64,000 nucleotides of DNA from Eledone cirrhosa (Eukaryota), in contig OZ024747.1 of assembly GCA_964016885.1 (NCBI GenBank), positions 34,224,001 to 34,288,000 of the forward strand, written 5' to 3'. Positions within the stretch are counted from its first letter, which is position 1; each line of letters begins with the position of its first letter. A program made the translations under genes and the position numbers. The notes under the pieces were generated by a model. It ran no database searches, had not been told where the DNA came from, and saw only the letters and a list, made by a program, of their open reading frames with translations. Shown piece after piece: positions 38,716 to 52,870 of the stretch.

Positions 38716-39162
38716 ATATATGTGTGTACAAGCATACACATACACAAACATAGCCATACACACATACATATACATACATACATACATACATACATACATA
38801 CATACATACATACATACATACATACATACATACATACATACATACATACATACATAAATGCACTCCTCTACATATTCACACACGCAAATAAATATAATAA
38901 AAAAAAAATATATATATATATATAAAAAATGTTTTGACAGCGATACAAACTGCAGGTAACTGGACATACACGCGTGGTAAGTAATACATACAAATGCACG
39001 TATACATACGTACGAAATAGTAAATACATGCACACACTCTCGCACATAAATATACATATACAAATACATAAACACATACATACACATACACAAATACATG
39101 CACAAACACGCACACGCACACGTATACAATTATACACGCACATATACACACACATGTATATG

Positions 39163-39206
<44 letters not shown>

Positions 39207-39352
39207 TATATATATAAATATAAAACTACACACACATATATGTATACATACACACACACATATACATACATAGCTATACAATTATACACATACAAATACG
39301 TACATATCATAAACACGCACAACCAAATACAAACACACACACGCACACATAC

Positions 39353-39387
<35 letters not shown>

Positions 39388-39502
39388 CATACACATACAT
39401 ACACATATACATGTGTGTGTGTGTAAAACTCAGTCTTAGATAATTCATATGGACCTTACATATATATAGTAGTAAGGTAATAAAGTAATAAGACCAGGAT
39501 TT

Positions 39503-39562
39503 TTTCATTCTGAGGATTGAAAGCAAAATCTTTTGCTTTTAAGAAACCACTGGTAAATGGAA
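39503..39562 (+). ncRNA. Canonical-core type I hammerhead
   Basis: UUUCAUU-CUGAGGA-UUGAAAGCAAAA[UC]UUUUGCUUUUAA-GAAA-CC[ACU]GG-UA-AAUGGAA. Predicted cut after A39555. Confidence 0.85.
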
Positions 39563-39587
39563 TAATTGCCTTATGTTGTTTATTACA

Positions 39588-39642
<55 letters not shown>

Positions 39643-39664
39643 TTTCCTATATATATATATATAT

Positions 39665-40730
39665 GGGAAAACTAGGTATTGTTTAAGGTAATCCAGCTAG
39701 AGGTTGTGAGTACTCTGCGTTGGGGATAGTTTTAACGTACAGCGTTGTTTTACACAACAAGAGATTTCCTTAGTTAGGTGGCGAGTTTAAGAGAATTCCT
39801 ATGCAGGTGGTTCTTGGAGTAATAATAGTTTGACTGTTTGACTGTTTTATCTTAATGGATATGATGTGATTATAGAGAGGAAATGAGAGAGAGGTTGTGG
39901 GATACTCGAAGTTGATTTAATGAGAAGTTGGTCAGCTGACAGCTAATAATAGTGCAGCGGTGTAAAGCTAGTGTATTTAAATCCTGGGGGGGGGGGGTGA
40001 TGATTGAATACTGAGAGCGCTAGATCGAATTAAGCTGGTCGCAGTTTGAAGCTGGAAAATTTGGTGGCTGTTTTGTGCCTACAGAAGATTTTTCGCTCTA
40101 TCTTCTTACTTAGCAACATTTTATTATAGTCTAAAATATGGAGCAGTTCCATATTGCAGAGTCCACAATGGGACATTCCATTTATGTAGGGCCCTTGCAC
40201 TCGATAACTTCGATCATCTAATCTCATATTCCTGATTGATGTCTTTAAGCTGCCAGATTTTATTGGCCAGCGTCGTTGTATTACCAAGTTTACGGTTTCT
40301 TAGGGAGTGTCTATACACATAACCACTTTTCTTTTAAATCGCCAGCCGTAGAACCTATGTAGTGCCATGCTAAGGTGCCAAGATTGATAGTACACAGGTA
40401 TACTATACTTGACTCCAGGCATCTTTTCTGCAGTGGTAGCTGACAGTTACCTTTGCAGGCCTTCCTGTGTGTAGGTTGCCCGTTTCGGTTCTGTATGTTG
40501 TTAGAGACGAGCAGGGATTTTGGTTTATTGGTGTGTTGTTGTGATGTGCCCTGGCGTGTGTGTGGTTGTGATGCTGTTAGGTGTTTGCGCTTTGTATTTT
40601 GTTCTATGGTGTATGTTCGTAATTTACATTCCTTAGAGATTCTTTTATAGTTGATTTTATGTATGTGTGATTCTATGTTAGGTGCAGTAGAGTAAGAGCC
40701 TTCGATAGTTTTTCTGTTAAAGATTATATG
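39665..40730 (-). mobile_element. Third PLE fragment: Naiad-like GIY-YIG endonuclease plus 3' UTR
   Basis: NRKTIEGSYSTAPNI...RCLESSIVYLCTI...HYIGST...TTLANKIWQLKD...CGLCNME...FCRHK, with frameshifts. Confidence 0.82.
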
Positions 40731-40917
40731 GTATCATACATCGTATTTCTTTTCCTGTTATTGTTATCATTACAGTCATTGCTATTTTACAAATCTACCA
40801 ACTCACCACTACTACTAAAATCGGTAACCGTATTTTTTATTGTTGTTGATGTCATTGTTTTCATTTAATTTATTCTCCGATGTATCTATAAATACCAGTG
40901 TCCTGTGTTAGACTCAT

Positions 40918-41028
40918 CAGTGTTCCGATGATTTTATCAGAGACACTGTAATTAAGGTCGAATGACGTAATTTCTAGCGATCAGCGGCCTTTAAACTCAC
41001 CTGAGTAACGAAACAATTGTTAATACTG
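40918..41028 (+). ncRNA. Type I hammerhead, CCGAUGA variant, long stem II loop
   Basis: CAGUGUU-CCGAUGA-UUUUAUCAG...CUGAGUAAC-GAAAC-AAUU-GUU-AAUACUG: 7-bp stem I and palindromic AACAAUUGUU; stem II is partly decayed. Confidence 0.65.
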
Positions 41029-41072
41029 TAAATAAACTCTTTTTGTACAGCCGACCGTTATTCTTTACTCTT

Positions 41073-41108
<36 letters not shown>

Positions 41109-41147
41109 TGTGTGTGGGTGTGGGTGTGGGTGTGGGTGGGTGTGTAT

Positions 41148-41214
<67 letters not shown>

Positions 41215-41701
41215 TGTGTGTGTGTAGGGTTGTAATTATTTACGAATAATTGTTTATGTGCGGGCCAATGAGTAAAAGCAAAAAACACTGAGTAAAATGT
41301 TGGTTGCATAAGATCTTGAATGAAATATATATTATATTGAGGGTAAATCAGCTTAATGATAAAGATTAAATGAAAACATACTACTCTGCCATATCGATAC
41401 TTTGGAGTTAAAACGAAAACACGTTTTGTGCATACAGATTAGTAAGAATTGTGAATATATGAGAAACAAAATTTGATTGCAACCTATTATAGCATGAAAT
41501 ATAAGTTCTGGTAATGAGAATAAACACTTGAAAATAAACTCTTGCTACAGAATGAAATATAGAAATATATTTTAATATTTCCTTGGACCCGATCATTTTC
41601 TCGTGGTTAGATAGTCAGAGCTTCATATAATCATGTGATGTCAATCTAAGTGAAACTGAAAAATACCACGACTATTTAACTTTCTTTGTATAGATGAGAA
41701 A

Positions 41702-41862
41702 AGGTGGCGAATTGGCAGAGTCGTTTAAAGCGTTGGATAGAATACTTTGCGGTAAATATTTTTGGATCGTTGCTCCTCAGTTCAAATATCACCGAGGTTA
41801 AATTTGCCTTATATCCTTTCAGGGCCGATAAAAAACTGTACTATTCAAGTATTGGGGTCGAT
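41702..41862 (+). mobile_element. tRNA-derived SINE
   Basis: AGGTGGCGAATTGGCAGAGTCGTT head; CAGTTCAAATATCACCGAGG; TTTGCCTTATATCCTTTCAGGGCCGATAAA. Confidence 0.8.
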
Positions 41863-43279
41863 TCTTCCTCTATATCTCTTTCTCACTCCCCCACTCTCAC
41901 TTTCTATCCTTCTCTGTAAGAAATCTCCTTGGGCGGAGTTGGCGCATCCATCCCTCTCATCTTCACAGAGAGAGAGAGAGAGATGAGCAATGTACGTTTC
42001 ATTCTTTCATTTATTACAGAATAAGGTGAGGACTATTAGATTTATATGACTTGCATGTTGATCAATAATATGGAAGATCGTTAGTTCTTGGTACGATAGT
42101 TGAATTTGTTTAACACTCCATCAAGTCGACATGGCGTGTTAAGATCAATTCAAGGTATCTAAAATAAGTGTTTGTTTATGTAGATTGACATGTTATGCAC
42201 ACCAACAACAAAAGAAAAATGTTTAAATAATCATGCAATTGGATGACTTTAAAGCAATGGGATACAGTTTGGACTGGTTTGGAAGGGATTATGTCGTTTA
42301 GCACATATTATGTAGACGTCGATTTAGATGAATTATTAAGTAAATAATTTATACGCTTTCAGTAATTCATTAAATCATTAGGCAGGGCAATTATTTTAAA
42401 ATCTCAGATTATCCAGCTGCAGGAAATTGATAGTAGATCATCTGAAAATGTAATCATTTGATGACATTAAAGTGGAATTAAATACTGACCCTATGAGTTC
42501 TTTCAGATGGAGGGTGCATTTATAGAATTTACCATAAAATACATATCAACAACTCACGGAAACAGTCTGTATAAATATCCTTTGTTGATGAAGAAATACT
42601 TTTACAGTACTACGACGTTTGTGAAATGGGACAATTTTAATTATAAAAGGATCGTTACTAAAATCGGTAATTTATTAAAGTTTGGCCTGTTGTTGAACCT
42701 GAAGTATTTAATAGCATCGATTCACTCAGGAATTATCCAAATACACACGTCTACAAATACACAAGTATATATTTCATTACACCCTTAATTTTCGAAAGAG
42801 TCATTAGGGGAGATAAAGTATCGTATGACGTGTCTTCAGAGCATTATATAATTGGATGGAGCCTGTTCCTGCTTGACAAAGGCAGATTTCACTCGACAGT
42901 ATTAGGCGAGTGTATTGAGGTGGATTTTAATTTTATATAATATACATAGTTTTAACTAGTGGCTAAATCCGAGTGTCACAATATTTAGATAAACCGAAAT
43001 CAAATGTCCAAGATGGAAGTTATATGATGATGTTGTTCCCACATTAGACAAACAATCACCATTTACATCGTTAACACCAGCAGCATTATTTATTATCTAT
43101 TTATAACTTTCACCAAAAAAACTTCATCACCCACAACACACAAAAGACAAACCAAACAAAATCCCAAAATCATAATCATCTTCATCAGTATTATCTTCAC
43201 GATCACAGTCTTTAAGAACTGCAGCAGTTGCTTTTGTAATGCTTTCATCTACCGATCTATGTTGCGCTTACCAGTAACA

Positions 43280-43393
<114 letters not shown>

Positions 43394-44134
43394 CTCTCTC
43401 TGTCTCTCTCTCCCTTTCCACCAACACCAACACACACAGATTCACAGATACCCCTCACCCCTCTCTCTCTTTCTCTGGTGTTCTCTTTTGTTGTCGACGT
43501 CTCTGCCACTTTTAGACATCATTTTTTTCTTTCTCTGAAGCAACGTTTAGGTGTCTCTCCCTATCATAGTATATCGATGCTGTCTAATAAAATTTCTTAA
43601 AATACTATATCATAAAGACTTGCTATATCCTGCAGTAATTTTATATCTTCCACAATATCTATATCCTTTTGAAATGCTGTAAGCTTATAGTTATTTTATG
43701 TCTCTTGTAACTGAAAACATCCTGCTAAATTTCTAGCTTGAAATGATAATTCGCAAAAATATTCTGAGAAAAGCTTTCAGGAATATACTTGATTATAGCA
43801 AAACATACCCAATACAATATTTAATATTTTCACATAAAGGAATACCCCATTTCAGAGATGTGATAATGCATTTATATACAGTAATAAAATTTGATTCGTA
43901 TTCTTTTATTCAAATATTTTGTTATAGTATGCTTTCAGTTTCACAAAAATTAAATAGCTTTATTTGACTATCATAAACTATCTATATCTGTCATATACGC
44001 ACATCTAAGAATATATCCATACATAATACACACGCATATATACATGTGTATATGATATATTATACATAAAATGTTTATTGATATATATATATCAATAAAT
44101 ATTTTATATATAATATCACACACACACGCGCGCA

Positions 44135-44883
44135 TATATATATATGTAAAACTGAAGTTGTCTGTGTGTGTGTGTCCTAATTGTGGAAAGTCTATACATT
44201 TCCACATTTCTTCTCCGATTGACTTCAACTTACATTTATATATTCCTTGCGGTCTAAAGATATTAACTGCAGCTTTTATATTTCAATTTTCTGTTGTTAA
44301 AGGCGTTTTTTTCACTAAAACTTTAAGACCTTTTTGTCAGTCCGGAAATTTTATCTACAATCTTCAAGAGAGAAAACTCTTTAGTATTTTGAAAGAGTTA
44401 CGTCTCTTTATAGACTATATTATCCCTACGTAAACGTAGATCCCTTGAAATTGTTGATGGTGACCCCAATAGTAACTTCAAAACGTTCGGCATCCGATAT
44501 AACAGTTCGGGTAGAATTTTTTAACCTTAAAAGTATCCAACTAAATTCCTTCATGCTCTCCACCACTGCAGTCCCACATGCTTACTGCTCTGTAACTTTC
44601 ATTGTACCATAGCACAATAAATACATGTTCGGTTTGTCGAATGCCTTTTTACTTAACCCTAGCGTCTTGGCTTTCATGGGTTTCATGGGTTGAACATTTT
44701 ACTCTCAGGCACCCAATGAAATTAAACCTCTGGTAATCTACGACGAATTTTTTTATACGCACAAAATGTAGACACCATCCCCAGGCCGAGATATTCCGTA
44801 CTTCGCTGTACTGTTTCAGAAAGGAGGGATAAACATGCCAATCTATGTTTAGAAGCCCGAGCAACGCCGGGCCATTCTGCTAG
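44135..44883 (+). mobile_element. Non-autonomous Helitron
   Basis: 3' GC-rich hairpin CCCGAGCAACGCCGGG, then CTAG|T. Colinear with 52871-53500. Confidence 0.8.
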
Positions 44884-44884
44884 T

Positions 44885-44916
<32 letters not shown>

Positions 44917-45060
44917 CTTTTTTTTTAGTATATGTTGGTTGTTTACCGACACTTCAGTATGCAGATTGGAGCACTCGACGAAGTGCGCAGGTTTGGTTAC
45001 TCCGGAGTAATGTAACATAATATAAATAAGTCAAATATATAAAATTTGGCTTCGATTATT

Positions 45061-45115
45061 ACTGCTATATATATTTCGGTGACAGCCATCTTTGGCTGTG
45101 ACCTCTTCAGGCAGT
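45061..45115 (-). ncRNA. Canonical-core minimal type I hammerhead
   Basis: ACUGC-CUGAAGA-GGUcACAGCCA[AAGA]UGGCUGUcACC-GAAA-UAUAUA-UA-GCAGU: 5-bp stem I, 10-bp stem II, palindromic (AU)n stem III. Confidence 0.88.
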
Positions 45116-45701
45116 CCGAATAGGTGTGGTAGAAACGGGTACACATGTTGTTGAAGTGTTTAACTCCGTCAATACTCCGATATCTCCAGTTCCTGGTTGG
45201 GTTGTTATTTCTCTGAGGAACTGGAATCATATGAATTCGAACAAACGAATTTCAGCGTCAAAGGACACCCTCTCCTCCTATTGGTCAGTTGTGAGAACAT
45301 TCCTCAGGCAAAAGTCTATAGAAATTCCTTCTGAGGCGAGGCAATCTGTAGTACTTGTTTTTGTTATTGTCAAGTACGGCTGATCTCCTCCCTTATGTTG
45401 GTGTTGGTGTTGGGGTCAGCTTAATTCCGGCTGCTGCCATTTTAGAAGAAACTACCCACAATTTCTAATCTCTCGAGGAGATACTTCCCCTGAAACCATC
45501 CTCTAATTAGTAAGGTAAATATGTCCTTTGGCGGCCATCTTGTTACCCATAGACAGATCTCACACAATGCAGCCTCGCCAGATGAATACTGCCTGATTAT
45601 GGCTGACAATTGAGACAACCAGGACATCATAGTGAAATACCAATATATGGAAGAATACATTATGTAACATTCTCTCCTTATTATAAATTATATTCCTTTG
45701 A

Positions 45702-45822
45702 AGTTCCGATGAGCCGCTTTGTTTTTAAATATGTTAATTATGTTCAACTGAACCACACCAATAATGATATATAGTCATCTGATCCAGAAATATTATATGG
45801 AGTAGCGAAACAATTGTAAACT
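45702..45822 (+). ncRNA. Type I hammerhead, CCGAUGA variant, long stem II loop
   Basis: AGUU-CCGAUGA-GCCGCUUU...GGAGUAGC-GAAAC-AAUU-GUA-AACU. Confidence 0.7.
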
Positions 45823-47269
45823 GACATTATTATTATTAATATTATTATTATTATTCTCTACATTCCTTACCTCAAACTAAAATATGTTGACAATCTTTTA
45901 ATATTGTCTTCCTTGTGAAATTTGTGGTCTTGCTTTGCTTATCTAATAAATATATATATATATATATATATATTAAAAGAACATATTAAAGTTTAAGCAA
46001 AGAATCGCTGCTTTCACCCTTAACGGGATCTTCTGAAAGCAGCGATTCTTTGATTAAACTTTAATCTGTTATTTTAATAAATATTTACTCTACGGTTCTT
46101 ATAAATTTGATATATATTTATCCTTATCGAGCCATCTTTGGATTTTAGTCTTCAAATTTATTATTATTATATATCATAAAACATGTCTATAGAATCACAA
46201 GATAAAATACATACTATTTCCTCTCCCAATTAGCATAATTAACCATATAAAAAAATCGAATAGACCAGGCTATAAGAATGAGGCTTCTATGAAGAAATAT
46301 ATATATATATATATTTGTGCAAGTGTGTGTGTGGTTGTTTTTAGTCTGAATTTTTTCTTCAAATGAGCCTATGAGAAATTGTGGTTGACACTTATTTCAC
46401 CAAATATTTGAAAATATTTAATAATTGAACCATTTCTTTATACATTATAATAACATTATACATGGTGATAGGTATATTACAATATGTCACATACATCATA
46501 ACATAAATAGGATGGGTTGGGATCTCTATATCTAAATTAAACGACCTAGAAAAATTACTGATTTTCTACATTCGCACATTTATTAAACCACTGCATACCT
46601 CCTCCCTATTATTTGGGACCCGTGAGTAACATAGTGGTCAATATCAGTTCAGGTACAATGCCATCAGCAACTAACAAAAAAGAGACAAACATCAAAAACA
46701 AGTAGTATTGCCCCATGTTCGAGGATATTATCGAGACCAAATGAAATTAATGAGCAAAAAGGCAACGTTACAGGAGGAAATGCTTTGGGAATTCTATGGA
46801 GATGTGAGAAATGCTGGATCAATTTTCTTAAACTCTTTCCAATAATTTCTACTTATAATCAAATTGTCTAATCTGTGGCAGTAAAAGGAAGCCATCACAA
46901 GTATCCTTGAGAATATTTGACAACTCTGGCATAGATTTTCTCCATTTAGTTTATTAAAGGAGAAACGAATGCAACAGATGTTAATATTCTCAAAAGTTTT
47001 TAATCAGCTATTTTGATGACAATAGAATAAATAATTTATTATATAAAAATAGATTATATAAAAATAGATTATCTTAAACGGTAGAAGTCTCGAAATTTAT
47101 AAATAACAAAGTAACAGTAATATCTCTAACATTATTGACGCATTAAAGCCGGACATTACTACAAAGGAGTCATTATGAGGTTCATACACCGATTGACTGA
47201 AGGGTAACATACATGAACGCGAAAATAAGAAGGGAAGACATAGATAGATATATAGATAGTATGTGTGTA

Positions 47270-47394
<125 letters not shown>

Positions 47395-49451
47395 GATGAT
47401 GGATGTAAACACTTAATTGTGAACAAACGGACTAAAATACATTTTATCGATATAGAAAAATGGAGTGTTATATTTTGTAAGCTGAAACGGGAGAGAAAAA
47501 CATATAGACTTGTAACCAAGGAAAGCCACTTAGACATTCAGAAACAAAAGAAATTAATTCGTGGACTAAAACCAACCAATATATTGAACATTTATTGAAA
47601 TCCTTATTGTCGTATTTCGACCCTTGACTCTCTAATTACTGTTCTTTCAGAGACACGTAAGATGATATAAATGCTATCGCCATAGAAACAACTTTGAGGT
47701 CAACGATGATTACGTGGACAGATCGTGTTTAATAAAGCGTTTACGTTTCACTTCTAAATGCTCGGCATATTTATAAGGTGAGGGTACTGAAGATTTCGTT
47801 GAAATTCAGAAAGAAATGTTTCACCATCCTATATGTAAGATATGAGCGCAACTTTAGTTGTGCTGTTCAACATCGAACCTAGATAAAAGTTTATATTAGA
47901 TAACAGTTTCTAACCAACTTCAGATAACCAAAGTGAATGGAAAGCGAGTGGAAGGTAGTCCGGAAGACGCTTCCTATATTTGTGTGGTAGACAGAATCAC
48001 TTTTAAGACTACCTGGTCATTTCTAGAAACAATGTTGTTTAAGCAACCGATCCGTGTCTCCATTCCGTGGATACGTTATCCCATTCCACTCAACAGGTCA
48101 TGGGCGTAATCCTTACTTCTCTGATTAGAAATAGCAGCTAAATCTACCTCAACTTACAGAAATTAAAACATAATACATGAGGCATAATGTTTTATTTTGC
48201 CTGCATTTGGTTGTCGTTAACACTACGATTATTATAACCTTGAAACAATTAGGTTTAATAGTACTCAATGAGAGAATAATTTTTAAATGCAAAGAAGTCA
48301 TCATGTGACATGATATCCCCGAAAATATATATTCGAGATACATCTTCAATATTTGAGTTATGAATTAGCCAAGCGCTGAAACATGTTTAATTTTGTTAGA
48401 CATTAATTTAGGCTAATTTACATATATGATAAACCCTCTTGATATTACACATACTCCATCTCAACGTCTTAAATTGACCTCCACCCATATTCTTTGACGA
48501 CATGTGCTCTACTTGTTCTATAAATGGAGTTTCAGCTCAACCATATTGTCGTGTATGTACAACACCAGCTAATGAGCTGAAACTTCTTAGATCATGGGTT
48601 TAAGTCAGAGATCAGTGGTTGCTCAATCACAAGTATTATTTCTCAAGTTCTGGAGAATTTTAAATCTAGTGTCACCTGAATAATAATAAAATTGAATCCT
48701 TTTATTTAGGAACCACAATCTAGCAATTCCTATCGTATATGGATTATTAATTGTAGATGATTTCTGAAGAGGCAAGATAGGCGATTTCTTCGTAAAACTA
48801 CCTCATTTTCCCAGGAGAACTCATTTTGTCCAATCATATATTTATCCTTCATTGCATTACTGTATCAAAGTCTCTTTGTAATAGTCATGAAATCTTAACA
48901 ACAAATAAAAAGGCCACATAGATCTATATGCCAGTAAACAGCCGTACGTACCCCATATACCAGTAACCAGCTATATGTTGCAAGACCTGGCTAAGTTATA
49001 ACACCACCAACTATTTATACAAACAATGCACTTACATTTACTTCAATGTAATGTATATATTTAATGCCTTCGTATGAGGTTGAATTTGATCTCTAATTAT
49101 ATATTATTAATACGTACTAGAAGTATTGATAGATAATAATATACACCGGTAATTTGATTGGATCAATATACGCATAATATTTTGACACAATTTGCATATG
49201 ATTACAATATAGCGTCGTTATGAGCTACATAATTTGAATTTCAACTGGTAAGAAATTTATCGACATGAGAGGTGTATGATCTCTATGATGCTGTAATTGC
49301 CATCATTGATATTGAAGACATTTATTTCTTGGCAAAAGAATTTTATTATATAATATCAAGAAATGTTCGACTTCTTAGCTTTTAGTACTTATCAGAAGTA
49401 TGCACATCACATGCATATTTCTTGTATATTTTTGTTTATTATCAATAAGAG

Positions 49452-49670
49452 AATGGTTGTGGATTGGCAATATCGGTAGAGCGACGGCCCATATGCTTTG
49501 GAACATAGGGTTACGTTCCTTTACGTTCAGAGTTCAAATACTGTCAAGGTTAGCTTTCTCTTTCATAATTACGGGTTCGATAAATTAAAGCACCAGTAAC
49601 TTATTGATATCGATTTGATCGACCTCCCTATCCCCAAATATTGTTGTCCTTGTGCCTAAATCAGAAACTA
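49452..49670 (+). mobile_element. tRNA-derived SINE
   Basis: GGATTGGCAATATCGGTAGAG head, GAGTTCAAATAC B box, ACGGGTTCGATAAATTAAAGCACCAGT core, CTTGTGCCTAAA.AGAAAC tail. Confidence 0.8.
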
Positions 49671-50497
49671 TTATTTGTAAGAGAACGATATACATACCTC
49701 CCGACATAATATTTGGGATTATTGAGGGTATGTTTAAACTTTGTGCGGGATTAAGTAGGAGATGTAATGTTCTGAGGATTATATTATAGTAGAAGTCTAT
49801 AGACCTTTGGTACATATCACTTTATTTGGGTGCGAAAATTGAATTTGCAGAGGAAAATATGGCTAAAAGAAGTATAAAAATTAATTCATCCAGGTCTAAG
49901 TTTGCCATTCATCACTGTAAGGTTGATAATATGAGTACAGGCTAAGCATGTACTGGAATCTAGTAGAAAATAAATATCCTCTATCAATGAAATCACCGAG
50001 AGAACTGCATTATAGATATTGACAATTGTTAGATGTTTAATTCGTTTAATGAGCCACATCAACTCTAATTAGATATTGTATACTATTTAATTACGTTAGA
50101 GAAAACAAAAAGATGTTAACACTCAAATTTACATAAACATGGAAGCAGAGGGATAATGATAACACAAACACAAAGAATTAAAAGTGGAAGTAAAGAGATA
50201 AAATAAAATTCCTCTTCGGATTTCAAACGGTAATCATATGTCCATAATAATTAAATTATATCATAATACATTATTTCTACAACGATTTGCGTTCTCTCAA
50301 AATAACCTTAAAACTTCACAGCATATACATAGCATTCCTCATTTCATAAAATATTATATTTATGGCTCACAATATCTATGTATCAATATTATTACACTCT
50401 GTTCTTCCATTCATGTATAATGATATTGGCATACGTTTCAAGAGAAATAGGCGTAAAATACGTACACGCTCATGCATGTATCCCTCTTTCTACCTCC

Positions 50498-50534
<37 letters not shown>

Positions 50535-51654
50535 ACACATACACATACTATCTCTCTCTCTCTCTCACACACACACATGTAAACCCAATAGCAACAAGCC
50601 CTTTGGTCCTTGGAAATGTACTTCTATTAAATTTGCCAAATGTTCAACTAAAATAATTGCGTATCATGTTTGTAAAATACATATTTGCCGTCTGCCCACA
50701 GAAACACGAACAGACACACACACACATACACACTCACACTCATGCACACTCACACACACATGCATACACACCCACATTCTCATAATAGACATAACACAAA
50801 AGTTCAGTTTTGCAAGCCTTCGAAAATGTTTACTTTACTATATATCTTCGATATGCATTTGTAATTAAGCTAAATGTAATCTCGAATCTTGTTTCCTTGC
50901 TCTTTAATGTTTATAATAAAAATATCAATCAGATCACAATAATATCATAGATGTCCTGCAGGAACGTAATATCAAGTCAACTGTGAATTACGTACAGTAA
51001 ACATAATCCCTCGAAAATACATCAGTGCAAATTATGCTTTAAGAAAACTGCAAGGAAACAAATTTGGGTAAGGGATACTGGCCTGTTGTTATATGAAATC
51101 TATTTTATTTACTTGTAACAAAGAAAAATATGACAAGCTCTAGCTATAATCATTTTGTGTGTTGGGGAAAAATAAGGAGGGCACACACATATAAAGATAT
51201 TGCTTTAATAAAATCCCTTGAAAGATTTTCTATAGTAGAATCAGCAATGCATTTACAACGAACGAGATCTGTACTAGAACATTTAAAAGTAAATATACAT
51301 AATTTTTATACGAAATTTACACTTCATTGAAACATATATTGGAGCGCACTTGTTATGTAAACATTTTTTTCTAATATTTTTTGCAATAAATTTTTTTTTT
51401 CAAATCCACAGTTATTTTTTCGATGGTTATATGAGCACCTGAATACAACCATGTTTGAGTAACTGTCCTTCTAAGAATGTAATATGCCTTAGATTTGCTA
51501 CCAAATCTCGGGGATTTTAATATAAGTTGAATTAGTCCTTTGGTTTAACAGACTAGAAACACTGTTTATGAAATAGATGTAGAATTGTGTTGCTTGACTC
51601 CCACGTTTTAAAGTCACTATATTTATATATATTGCTCAGGCGCTGATATGCCTG

Positions 51655-51820
51655 ACATATAGGTACAAGCATTAAGTTCGGAATTTAGATCCATCCGCGG
51701 TTAGCTTTGCCTTTTATCGATACGGTGTCAATAACATAAAGTACCAGTGATACACGGGCTCAATTTAACAGACGTTGCACTTCCCCAAATTGTTGATCTT
51801 GTGTTCAAATCCGAAACTGT
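51655..51820 (+). mobile_element. Decayed SINE
   Basis: CTTTGCCTTTTATCGATACGGTGTCAATAACATAAAGTACCAGT core and CTTGTG...GAAAC tail. Confidence 0.6.
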
Positions 51821-52244
51821 TATACAAATAGCTGAACAGTGGCGGAAAAACTAAGTTTTTATGACATTTCATATTCAGAACATTCTAACAAGAGTGTTTT
51901 TCAGCTCCTCACACGTTCTCCTTTTGTGTCGGGCAAAATTAAATCATTCCAACATTCGTCATTATATGATTTTAGTATTAACATTATTAGGAACAGCAAC
52001 ATTTATTTAAACATCATGTTATGATATGAAGCCGTAGCATATGCTTATTCCTTGAAAATAGCGAATTAAATCCATATACAAATTTTAAGGATTATTCGTT
52101 ATAATTTGGGTGGAAATTTATAGGCCACGAATCACGTTGTGAAGCGAAACTCGAGATGAAATTGTCAGTTTTATGACGGAGAACGACACTTATTTAGATC
52201 ACCATTTCAAATCATAAAAATGAAACAAAGCTATATTCTTTGAA

Positions 52245-52275
<31 letters not shown>

Positions 52276-52870
52276 CACGTACTCGTAGATACAGCCACGT
52301 AAACAAACACCACAAACATATGTATATATACATGCAGATACATATTCATATACATATGCACAAACGCGTGTGCCTGTCAGTGTATTCACACACACAAATT
52401 TAGATGTAGTGTCTCCAGACAAATTCATATTTCTGGCTTTTAGACGTCATTCTAAGCTGTAATTCCATTTTAACTTCAAAACCAAAAGCAAGCGGGCAAC
52501 TGAAGCTTAAGAATTCTTAAAGTTGAAAGATTTAAATGGACAGCTTCTTGCAACAATACATTTGTGAGTGCTATGTCCTGGAAAATCCAATATTAGATTA
52601 TTCTATGAATAAAAAAATAAAGGAAATAAATGTTCACACACACACATTACACATTCTTAAACACAAACCTAAACTTACTCTATCACACAAAAATCATAAT
52701 TGCATGAAATCATTTGCACACATAAATGAATAATCAAAGACATAAATAAAGCTTCCTGATCGTAAATTGAACTTTTAAAAAGCAAGATAACTTAAACGTA
52801 GAAGTAATATTGATTGTGTCATATTGATTTAAAAATTAAAATTCTTTAGAAAGCAAACCAAATAACACAA

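Larger units (their letters stand above)
37970..39594. mobile_element. PLE-like element with ~104-bp inverted arms around a (TA/CA/TACA) low-complexity body
   Basis: 38091-38194 is the reverse complement of 39491-39594, and each arm has a hammerhead. (TA)n on both sides. Confidence 0.8.
45010..45960. mobile_element. Composite PLE-like non-autonomous sequence with two different hammerheads pointing outward
   Basis: The left part matches the 22575-22968 family (minus). The right part, 45730-45950, matches 56530-57118 (plus). Ends in (TA)n. Confidence 0.65.

Noticed and set aside
38248-39526. Long ORFs (293, 216 and 137 aa) rich in Y/I/V/C/M
   Set aside because: Translations of TA/CA/TACA microsatellites; the same applies to most ER, SL, HT and YI-rich ORFs in the track.
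40895-40922. Minus-strand CUGAUGA-GUC...GAC overlapping the 40918 motif
   Set aside because: No GAAA follows the stem; at most half a ribozyme.
46640-46900. Possible pogo/Tigger transposase remnant
   Set aside because: Only a vague resemblance; no open frame or TIR pair found.
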